A DNA stretch of 32,000 bases from Nostoc punctiforme PCC 73102 (GTDB taxonomy: Bacteria; Cyanobacteriota; Cyanobacteriia; Cyanobacteriales; Nostocaceae), in NCBI RefSeq assembly GCF_000020025.1, contig NC_010628.1, forward strand, positions 7,410,001 to 7,442,000. The letters are read 5' to 3'. Below the pieces are notes generated by a model. That model saw nothing but the letters and a program-made list of their open reading frames with translations, did not search any database and had not been told where the DNA came from. A program made the translations under genes and the position numbers. Of this stretch, positions 18,001 through 26,800 are shown piece by piece. Positions within the stretch are counted from its first letter, which is position 1, and each line of letters opens with the position of its first letter.

Positions 18001-18395
18001 ACAGGTTCTATATAGTCTTGGTTGGTATATAAACCAAAAATAATTCCGGGAATATTTTCGCCTAAAGTCGGTGTCCAACCTAGTGTTCTTGATTCTGCTA
18101 AAACATTACCTGAATCAAGAGAAGTAAACTGATAAATTAAGGCGCGATCGCAGCCTATTTTTTCTCTAATTTGCGCTACAGTAATTTTAAGTAATGTATC
18201 AATGTCTGGAGCTTGACGCAAATGAGTTGCGATGCCTTGCAACTGTCGCCGCCAAGTTTTAAATTCCTGAGATATGGCATTTAATAAAGATATTTCATTA
18301 CTAGCAAGATTTGCTATATTAGCGTGTCCATTTAGATTTTCTACTTCAGATATTAGATGCTCGTTTTCATGGCTATTGCTATACAAAAATGTCAT
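15087..18395 (-). CDS. pixJ: Soluble methyl-accepting chemotaxis protein with four GAF domains (one degenerate, three cyanobacteriochrome-like Cys-His GAFs), HAMP and MCP signalling domain (AnPixJ/PtxD-type photoreceptor)
   Basis: Three GAF units carry the chromophore-Cys context: [36 protein letters not shown] and [18 protein letters not shown]. They also carry QxTxGGRY segments. The first GAF lacks the Cys. A HAMP-like segment is [31 protein letters not shown]. The MCP core is [36 protein letters not shown]. No TM segments were seen. I prefer the ATG at 18395 (MTFLYSNS...) over the ORF-track maximum at 18455. Confidence 0.9.
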   Translation of the reverse strand: [1102 protein letters not shown]

Positions 18396-18629
18396 TTGAT
18401 TAACCTCAAAATTTGTTATGGATAATAGAAATTTTGCAGAAAAAGATGGGGGCATCTACTTTTGGCAAATCGACTTTTTTAGACCAACCATATAGTAGAG
18501 TTCTTGGCACCAAATAATTATGTTTCTTCCAAAAGTGGATGCTCCTAAAGGATAGAGGATAAACTATTATTCGCTTACCAAGAATTAGTAATTGTCAAAA
18601 ACTTCTCCCCGGTCGTCTATTTCAAATTT

Positions 18630-19103
18630 TCAATTATGAATCTTCCAGAGGGGAGATTGGATAATCGTTATAGCATTCAAATTAAAAATCATATCTTCGG
18701 AATCATTAATAAAGTATCCCTGTAAGAAAGGTGATATTTTAGGATAAAATAGTTCGATATTTGGGAGTTTCATTTGCTGAATATCTAGCAATTCAATATC
18801 TATAATATGTTTCACCAATAGTCCTAAATATTTACCATTGTTTTCCAGAACAATTGCCATCATTATTGAAATTAAATTTGCTCCTTGTGAAATTGGAGGA
18901 TAACCTAACATTGCCTCTAAATCTACTAACCAAAGCATCTCACCACGCCAGTTATAAATACCCAAGACGCTACTGGGCATCTGTGGAACACTACATATTT
19001 CAGGTAATGGTACTTGCAACACTTCTGTGATGTGTTGTAAAGAAATAACAGCTGTATCTTTTACTCCCAAATTAAAACTTAAAAACTTTTCCTTGGTTTC
19101 CAA
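18630..19103 (-). CDS. pixI: CheW-like coupling protein
   Basis: It is 157 aa with FLSFNLGVKDTAVISLQHITEVLQ...VLGIYNWRGEMLWLVDL, typical of a CheW domain. It lies between the CheY and MCP genes. Confidence 0.85.
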   Translation of the reverse strand: METKEKFLSFNLGVKDTAVISLQHITEVLQVPLPEICSVPQMPSSVLGIYNWRGEMLWLVDLEAMLGYPPISQGANLISIMMAIVLENNGKYLGLLVKHIIDIELLDIQQMKLPNIELFYPKISPFLQGYFINDSEDMIFNLNAITIIQSPLWKIHN

Positions 19104-19226
19104 AGTTATTGATCCTTTATGCTTAATTGTTTATATCTAGCCACTATTTGCTTTTATGATTTGAGCTTGCAGAGGTCATATATTATATAAATAGTGATAT
19201 TGACTCTTCGTTGAATTATTGCATTA

Positions 19227-19589
19227 TCAATGAATTAATCGCTTTAAAATTACCACTAGTTCCTCTCTATCAATCGGTTTTGATAGATAACCATCAGCGC
19301 CCAACATATTACCCCAAATTTTATCTACATCACTATTTTTAGTAGAGCAAAAAACCACAGGTATTTTGCTAGTATTGGGATTATTTTTCAGTTCTCGGCA
19401 AATTTCAAAGCCACTTTTTCCTGGTAAAATTACATCAAGAAATATGAGGTCTGGCTTGTTTTTATCTATTTTGTCTTGAGCCTCTTCGCTGCTGGTGGCG
19501 CTAATTACAGAATAACCTGCCTGTTGCAAGTAACGGCTGATTATTTCCATATCTGTTAAGCCATCTTCAACAACTAAAACAGTATTCAT
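19227..19589 (-). CDS. pixH: Single-domain CheY-like response regulator
   Basis: It is 120 aa with VLVVEDGLTD...DLIFLDVILPGKSG...YLSKP. Confidence 0.9.
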   Translation of the reverse strand: MNTVLVVEDGLTDMEIISRYLQQAGYSVISATSSEEAQDKIDKNKPDLIFLDVILPGKSGFEICRELKNNPNTSKIPVVFCSTKNSDVDKIWGNMLGADGYLSKPIDREELVVILKRLIH

Positions 19590-20045
19590 GATAATTACCC
19601 TTTAAAATTTTTAAGAATGTAGACAAATTTAGATATACAAATTCTAGTGATTCATGAACAAAGACATGCAGTAATTACGCACAAAAGATTCACCAATTTC
19701 CTTATTAAAAAGGGAAGATAGTGGGAGTGCGCCAACGAGATTTTAAGTTTTAAATGTGTAATTTCTTACATATAAAGGACTAGAGACTAGCCCTAACCCC
19801 TTTGTCATGACCAATATTTCACAACTCAATAGGACTGCTATAAATACAAAAAGTTGTATTTATCTAATTTTGATTCAACCTTTATCTATTAACCTCAGAA
19901 AAAGTACGTAGCGGACAGAATTTAATATATATATTTGTGAATATTAAATAATTTTATCAAGAAAGAATAAAAGCATTCTTTTTCATAATTAAAGAGTAAT
20001 TTTATATGTATATAATCAAACAAAATATTTAAATTTTTGCAAAAA

Positions 20046-20082
20046 AATAATTAAGTAGCTTTCATACTGCTACCTAATTATT
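20046..20082 (-). terminator. Candidate intrinsic terminator-like hairpin inside the pixG-pixH spacer (weak)
   Basis: AATAATTAAGTAGC (20046-20059) pairs with GCTACCTAATTATT (20069-20082) with one mismatch and a 9-nt loop. On the minus strand a short U-run follows (complement of A20041-20045). The stem is AT-rich and lies ~320 nt beyond the pixG stop, so support is modest. Confidence 0.3.
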
Positions 20083-20402
20083 CCTTCTCAATTCTGGCTT
20101 ATTTTTATGTTTATGGATGTGAGAAAGTCTATAGGTTGTAAAGATTTCGTCTGGCTATTACTGAGTGATAGCCCAATGCTGAGAAATGAAATTTTTAAGC
20201 CAATCAGATTAACTGATGATTAATTATCAATAAAAATTACTCATTTTCCCTAATTACAAACCTATGTAGAACTTATATTCTATTTTTGACAAACTTAATG
20301 CAACCCAAAAAGGCTCTTTTCGCGTTGCTTATTGCCTATTACTTCTTAAACCAAGTAACTATGGCTACGCCAGGCTGCGCGAACAGAAATAAAAGCGGCT
20401 TC

Positions 20403-21593
20403 CTATACATTGGCTTTATTCTTCTCAATGGGGACACTCAATGTAGGTAAATATTTACGTATTATACTCATTACCTTATCAGGCGCTACGGGTTTAGTAA
20501 TGAAATCTGTAGAACCGACTACTTTGGCACGAACTCTATCTAAAAGACCATCACTGCCTGTTAATATAATCACTGGTGTATTGGCAAATGCAGATATTCG
20601 CCGCAACTGAGTGCAGATTTCATAACCACTAGCAACTGGCATAATCAAATCCAAGAAAATTAGGTCTGGTTTATCTTGAATGAGGGTTGGGAGTGCTTGT
20701 ACAGCATCTTGAATTTTGATAAACCTTAGTCCATTGGAAGTAATAATATCCTCTAACATTTTACAGACTTGAGGGCTATCATCCACGCAGGCGACTAATG
20801 GAGCATTCAGTTTCTTTGGTTGTGTAGTGGCAGGCTTATTGTTGACCTCAGTCACTACTAATGGCATATCAGGTACTTCCACCAATTCGATGATTCCTTT
20901 AAGAATATAAGGAAGCAACGAACGGGTGAGTGGTAGTACACTCTGCTTCATTTTCACGGCTAAATCTAAGAGAGTGAATTTACCATTGATTAAATTCACA
21001 AAGTTTTTGTAGACAGATAGACTTACCATCTGCTGGAGTTGTTCTGGTCGCCGCAAAATCGGTGCCAAATTAGGAGAAAAATTTGCTAAACCAGCGGCTG
21101 ACCAAGTTTTCCATGAGTCTTGCATGTGCTTTACAGACATTTCCGCACTCGTAAAGCTCATTGGTGTTTCGAGGATAACTTCTTGGCTGCGATTGCAAGT
21201 TATAGAAGCAAAATTTCCTTGCAATGCTAGGTCAAATAGTAATTCTGCTATGGTGCTTTCGGCAATAGACTGAATCTGTTCTCTTTGAATTTTCTGTTTT
21301 TTATAAAAGATTTCTAAAAGGCGGTAATCCCAGTAATCTATTGATACGTCTTGTGAACGCAACAGCAATTTATCAACATCAATCTGAGGACAGTTTTGAG
21401 CCATGTGTCTACGCCAGCGCCGGAAGGGATGAGTGCCCCCTGTTGCCCAAACAATACGTCCCAGGCGATAATAAAAAGTCCATTGGCTACCCTTTGAACT
21501 TTTAATATTTAATTTGCCATTATATTGCAGTTGAGTACAAGTTTTAAATTCATTAACTAAATTCTTTGAAAGAAGAACTTCCGAGTGGGTCAT
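20403..21593 (-). CDS. pixG: PatA-type response regulator (N-terminal PATAN/DUF4388 domain plus C-terminal REC)
   Basis: The N-terminal WTFYYRLGRIVWATGGTHPFRRWRRH is the PATAN hallmark. The C-terminal REC is LVACVDDSP...DLIFLDLIMPVASG...FITKP. Confidence 0.85.
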   Translation of the reverse strand: MTHSEVLLSKNLVNEFKTCTQLQYNGKLNIKSSKGSQWTFYYRLGRIVWATGGTHPFRRWRRHMAQNCPQIDVDKLLLRSQDVSIDYWDYRLLEIFYKKQKIQREQIQSIAESTIAELLFDLALQGNFASITCNRSQEVILETPMSFTSAEMSVKHMQDSWKTWSAAGLANFSPNLAPILRRPEQLQQMVSLSVYKNFVNLINGKFTLLDLAVKMKQSVLPLTRSLLPYILKGIIELVEVPDMPLVVTEVNNKPATTQPKKLNAPLVACVDDSPQVCKMLEDIITSNGLRFIKIQDAVQALPTLIQDKPDLIFLDLIMPVASGYEICTQLRRISAFANTPVIILTGSDGLLDRVRAKVVGSTDFITKPVAPDKVMSIIRKYLPTLSVPIEKNKANV

Positions 21594-22033
21594 ATTTTAT
21601 TCCTTATATTAAAAAGCCAGTTATTGAAAAACCCACACTAGTTGTATAGTGGTCATAAGACACATTAAAATTGATATATAGCGGTCAAAATCAATTTTAT
21701 TAAAATCAAAGTATGATGGGAAAATAGCAAAACTTCTGTTAGTCTATAAGTCCGATTTCATATAGTTTGTTATCGGTAGACTTTACGAATCAAGTAGCTT
21801 ACTATAGTCCACATCATTAGGATGCATTCAGTATTAACAAATTATTTTAATAATTTTAATACGGAATTATAACCGTATAAGTTCTGAATTTTTGTTTAAA
21901 ATGATTAGTAATATTTAGGAATTTTTAACTTTATTTATTGAAATTGACTATGAATGTTAATAATATTTATTTAAATTTACATTTGTTAATAAAAGTTAAT
22001 TAAAGCGAGCTTTTTTTAGTGAATATTATCTTT

Positions 22034-22071
22034 AAAAAAAAGGTGTGCTACTCAAACAAGTAGCAGCCACC
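22034..22071 (-). terminator. Rho-independent terminator downstream of murQ
   Basis: On the minus strand, 28 nt after the murQ stop, the sequence is GGTGGCTGCTACT-TGTTTG-AGTAGCACACC. The stem has a 2-nt bulge and is followed by TTTTTTTT (complement of A22034-22041). Confidence 0.75.
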
Positions 22072-22099
22072 TATAGAGTATTTATTTAGGAAAATGTTT

Positions 22100-23026
22100 T
22101 TAAGATTGGTTGTGGTTTTGATAGCTCATAACAGCTGCCCTAAGATTACTTTGGTGTTCTGAAAGAAGCCGATCGCCATCATCTTTTTCCAAACCAGTCC
22201 AGTGCATTAATAATGCTAGTTTAACCCACTTGCCACTACGTTCTAATAAAAAACCAGCAGCTTCCCGACTTAAGCCTGTGAGGTCTTGCAATATTCGTAA
22301 AGCGCGATCGCGTAACTTTTGATTTGTTACTGCCACATCCACCATACGATTACCATAAACCTTACCTAGTTTAACCATTACTCCTGTGGAAAGCATATTT
22401 AAAGCTAACTTCGTGACTGTACCAGCTTTCAGGCGAGTTGAACCGGCGATGATTTCTGGCCCTGTCAATAGGCGAATGTCAATATCGGCATCAATGCTAA
22501 CTTGTTCAGCCGGAACACAGGCGATAAAAATAGTACTGGCTCCCCGTTGACGAGCTGCATGAATGGCACCGTGGACATAAGGTGTTGTCCCACCAGCAGT
22601 AATACCGACGACTACATCTAGCTGGGTAATGTGTCGCCCAGCGATCGCAGCCTCACCATCTTCGATGCTATCTTCTAAATCCTCCGAACTGCGTACCAGT
22701 GCGCCAGCACCACCAGCAATAATCCCCTGTACCAACTCTGGCGGCGTACAAAAAGTAGGTGGACACTCAGCAGCATCTAGCACTCCTAACCTACCACTTG
22801 TGCCCGCGCCAATGTAAAATAAGCGTCCTCCGTGACGCAAACGCTCTGCAGTGCTATCAATCGCTTCAGCCAACTGAACTTTCGCCGCTGCAACCGCTGC
22901 AACTGCTTTTTGATCTTCACTATTAAACAGTTCTACCAATTCCAGAGAACTGAGCTGGTCTAAGTTAAGACTGTTAGGATTTACCAGCTCGGTTAAAAGA
23001 TGCCCACGTTCTTGCAAGTTTGTCAT
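22100..23026 (-). CDS. murQ: N-acetylmuramic acid 6-phosphate etherase
   Basis: It is 308 aa with a SIS domain and the characteristic FYIGAGTSGRLGVLDAAECPPTF, plus IAGSTRLKAGTVTKLALNMLST. Confidence 0.9.
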   Translation of the reverse strand: MTNLQERGHLLTELVNPNSLNLDQLSSLELVELFNSEDQKAVAAVAAAKVQLAEAIDSTAERLRHGGRLFYIGAGTSGRLGVLDAAECPPTFCTPPELVQGIIAGGAGALVRSSEDLEDSIEDGEAAIAGRHITQLDVVVGITAGGTTPYVHGAIHAARQRGASTIFIACVPAEQVSIDADIDIRLLTGPEIIAGSTRLKAGTVTKLALNMLSTGVMVKLGKVYGNRMVDVAVTNQKLRDRALRILQDLTGLSREAAGFLLERSGKWVKLALLMHWTGLEKDDGDRLLSEHQSNLRAAVMSYQNHNQS

Positions 23027-23041
23027 TTATCCTTATGTCCT

Positions 23042-23125
23042 TTGTCCGTTGTCCGTTGTCATTAGTCAGTTAGCGACCAATGACCAGTGACCAATGACCA
23101 ATGACTAATGACTAATGACTAATTA
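23042..23125. repeat. STRR-type heptamer arrays (TTGTCCG x2, then TGACCAA/TGACTAA, i.e. STRR2 TTGGTCA complement, ~7 units) with an internally inverted segment
   Basis: The region reads ttgtccg ttgtccg ttgtcat tagtcag ... ccaatga ccagtga ccaatga ccaatga ctaatga ctaatga cta. GTCATTAGTCA (from ~23058) is the reverse complement of TGACTAATGAC in the right part. It fills the gap between the DUF3110 stop and the murQ start. Confidence 0.9.
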
Positions 23126-23551
23126 AAGCAATCCTTCCAATTTGCGACGCATCTTCTCTAGTTCAGAATCAGATAATTCTGGTTCTTCTAGTGGCTGTTG
23201 ATTGAGAGGGAAGGTGTCTTCAACAGTATCCTCCTTCTGGGCGTTTGCTTGCCAGTCAGTTTGTTCTACGTTCAGTTCTGGGGGAGTGACAACTAAATTG
23301 CTGTTTTCTGGGATGATTTCCCATTCATACCCAGCACTTTCGCAAAATTCCTTGATTTCCTCAGCATCGATTGGCTCTGGTGTCGGTGCGGGGAAATCCT
23401 GAGCTTCCAGCATTAGGGCAAAGCGCGTGGCATCGTCTTCTGATTCAAACATCAGAATTTTATTGCGATCGCCCTCCCGAATCGTGTGAATCCCCTCATT
23501 TTCCGTTCGAGCGTTAAAAATCAACACAAAAACACGCATTGGTGTAATCAT
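23123..23551 (-). CDS. DUF3110-family protein (conserved in cyanobacteria and plastid-bearing eukaryotes)
   Basis: MRVFVLIFNARTENEGIHTI...ILMFESEDDATRFALMLEAQDF matches my recollection of the DUF3110 N-terminus. The true start may be the second ATG (23539). Confidence 0.7.
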   Translation of the reverse strand: MITPMRVFVLIFNARTENEGIHTIREGDRNKILMFESEDDATRFALMLEAQDFPAPTPEPIDAEEIKEFCESAGYEWEIIPENSNLVVTPPELNVEQTDWQANAQKEDTVEDTFPLNQQPLEEPELSDSELEKMRRKLEGLL

Positions 23552-23811
23552 CTGTCTTTTTTAAGGTCTATTCATATTAAAGTTCTACGTTGTACCTCAA
23601 GGAAAGTCACAAGAAGAATTTTCACTCTATTCAGATTTTCCTGAAAACGCCAAAATTATTAAGCATAAGTATTGGATCAAGCAAATACCGTAACTTAACT
23701 AATGAGGTCTTTGCTTTACTTGGCGTATCCTGGAAATGGCATACTGAATCAATGTGTCAGTTAATGCTTGTGTGTGCCAGCGACATCCGGCAATTAATAC
23801 AGTGAAAGCAA

Positions 23812-26800
23812 ATGACTAAATCTCCCCATCAAGATATTCACTCCCCCTCCCCTATCCGCAAGCGTCTGTGGTTGCTGGTGTTGAGTCGGGGTAGCATTGC
23901 CTTGAGTGGACTTTTACTGTTAGGAGTTATCATCGGTATTTGGCGGTTGTGGACTTTTGTCCAAACAGAGTTAACGCCGTTGGCACAACAAAGTCTGACT
24001 ACTACACTCAACCGTCCGGTAAAACTGGGAAAAGTCACACAATTTTCGTTAACGGGAGTGCAGTTTGGCGCTTCAGCTATCCCCGCCACACCCACAGATC
24101 TAGATCGGGCGACAGTCGAATCTGTAGAGGTGGGTTTTAACCCGTTACAACTAATCTTTAACCGCCACCTCAAGCTAGATGTCACCTTAGTCAACCCAGA
24201 TATTTACATTCAGCAGGATGAGCAAGGGCGCTGGGTTTCCACTAGCATCGCGTCGTCAGGTGGAGGCGGTGCAATTAAAACTGATTTGGACTACTTGCGG
24301 TTTCGTAATGCCAAGCTGGCCTTGATGCCGCAGGAGAGAGGAAGGGAGGCAGGGGAAGCAGGGGAGGGAATATCTTCTGCGTCCCCCACCTCGCCCGTAA
24401 CATTTTCTCAACTTAACGGTTCTGCCCAACTTTTAGCAAACAACCAGTTAATCCGGTTTGAAGTAGGAGGGCAAGCAGACAGTGGTGGCAATATTTCCAT
24501 TGAGGGAGAGACACGTTCTAAGGTGCTAGCGGGCAACTTTCAAGTGAAAGCACAAGATTTGCTGGCTGCGGATATTACTCGGTTGATTAAGTTACCAGTG
24601 AACTTACAGGCGGGTCGAGCCAATGGCGACTTGTTAATTCGGTTGACACCAGGGCAACAGACTTTATTGTATGGCAATGCGGCTGTGCAAGGGGTAACAC
24701 TTCAAATACCCAAAGTCCCGCAGCTGTTGAGTAATAGCCAAGGAAATCTCCGTTTTCAGGGAACGGAGTTGCAGTTAAACAATGTTACTACCAACTACGG
24801 CAAAATTCCTGTAGTGGCTACGGGAATCATCGACACTCAAGCAGGTTTTAAGTTGGCAGGGCGTGTAAATGCGGTGAGTCTGGCTAATGCCCAGGAGACT
24901 CTGAAGGTAAAACTACCTGTGCCGATCGCTGGACAAGTACAAGCAGATTTGCAGATTACCGGATCGACTAAAGAGCCAATTATCTCAGCCTCAGTTGCCA
25001 CAATCCAAACTGCCCGCATTGATAAAGTTGATTTCAATAGCATCAGTAGTAAATTTGAGCTTGTTACTAGTTCTAGTTCCTCTTTAATTACCCTAAAAGA
25101 TATTCAAGGTAAAGCTAAAGTTGGTGGTGATATCACAGGCGCTGGCACAATTCAACTTGGTAAAACACCGCGACTGGATTTAAATTTCGCTGCCAAGAAT
25201 GTTCCAGGGGATGCGATCGCAAAAGTTTATGAAACAACACCTGCGTTCCAAATCGGCAATGTCTCAGCTACAGCCCAATTAACTGGCGCTCCTACCAATG
25301 TCCAAACTTCGGTACAATTTCAAGCCCCTAATGGAACTTACCCTGGAACTGGCGAAGTTGCGATTGGGAGCGATCGCAATGTCTCTTTCCGTAATGTGGC
25401 TCTTAATGTCAGTGGTGGTACAGTCCGGGCAACGGGTAGTTATCTTAATGAGCGTTGGCAAGCTGTTGCTGTTGCCTCTGGTGTAAAATTAGAACCCTTT
25501 GTAGACAAAAGTCAACTACAAAATGTCTCTTTGGCGGACGCGCAGTTCAATGGTCGTCTCATCCTCTCAGGAAACACAGCACCATTTAAAATTGCCACGA
25601 TTCGCACTGATGGCGCAGGAGTTCAAATTGGTGGCGGCACGGTAGCAGTTTCTAATGTCCAACTGCAAGATCAAAGTTTCTCTGCTCAACTTGTAGCTAA
25701 TGGTGTGCGGTTAGGGCAAATATTGAAACAGTCTCCCCCAGCTTTAAATAATCCTTTGGCGGGTACGTTCCAAATCGCAGGTAACAGAGATAATTTCAGC
25801 CTGAAAACGCTCCGTGGCACTGGTGAGGGTAGCCTTGCTATTGGCGGTGGTAAGGTTACAGCTAAAAATATCCAAGTGGCTAATGGTGTCTATCAGGCGC
25901 AAGTTCAGGCTAAGAATGTTCCTGTGCAGCAATTGGCAAAAGTACCAAAGCAGTTTCAAGGGGCGTTAACTGGTCAGTTCGATGTAGCGGGTTCTGTTGA
26001 TTCTTTTAAACCAGAAACTATTCAAGCCAGTGGTCAGGCGCGGGTAAATGTTGCGGGTGGAACTATTACAGCTAAAAATATCCAAGTGGCTAATGGTGTC
26101 TATCAGGCGCAAGTTCAGGCTAAGAATGTTCCTGTGCGCCAGTTGGCAGCAGTACCACCGCAATTTAGAGGGACGTTAACTGGTCAAGTAAACGTAGCGG
26201 GTTCTGTTGAATCCTTCCAACCTAAAGCTATCCAAGCTATGGGTCAGGTGCGGGTAAATGTTGCGGGTGGGACGATTACAGCCTCTAATATCCAAGTGGC
26301 TAATGGTGTATACCAGGCACAAGTTCAGGCAAATAATGTACCTTTGCAGCAGTTGGCAGCAGTACCACCGCAATTTAGAGGGACGTTAACTGGTCAAGCA
26401 AACGTGGCGGGTTCTGTTGAATCCTTCCAACCGCAAACTATCCAAGCTAGTGGTCAAGGACGGCTGGATGTTGCAGGTGGAACGATCGCAGCTTCTAATA
26501 TCCAATTGGCTAATGGTCGCTATCAAGCTGTAGTTAATGCTGACGGTGTGGAATTAAATCGGTTCAATCAGCAATTGCGGGGGCAATTTGGCGGTCAGTT
26601 GCAATTAGCTGGCAATGTAGGATCGTCCAAGTTAGCTGATGTGCGTGCTGCTGGACAGGTGCAATTATCCCAAGGGCTTCCTGGTCTTGAGCAACCCCTC
26701 ACGGCTGCGATCGCTTGGAGTGGTGAAAGGCTGACCATTGAGCGGGCAACTGCTCCCGGTTTAAGTGTGAGTGGTAGCATATTAGCCAATGCTAAAAAAG

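Noticed and set aside
21666-21699. Perfect 10-bp inverted repeat TAAAATTGAT-N14-ATCAATTTTA about 75-105 bp upstream of the PatA-type gene, as a possible operator
   Set aside because: In a ~500-bp region this AT-rich, a 10-bp inverted repeat is expected by chance at appreciable frequency. There is no second line of evidence. It is worth revisiting only if conserved in relatives.
25744-26373. Three similar antisense ORFs (71, 65 and 65 aa) inside the TamB-like gene
   Set aside because: They recur with the 210-bp coding repeat and are mirror artefacts of it. The sense frame is one uninterrupted 1977-aa ORF.
16150-26685. Regularly spaced repeats that might suggest a CRISPR array
   Set aside because: The 549-bp and 210-bp periodicities are in-frame protein-domain duplications. 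The heptamer arrays have no spacers. No repeat-spacer architecture or cas genes are present.
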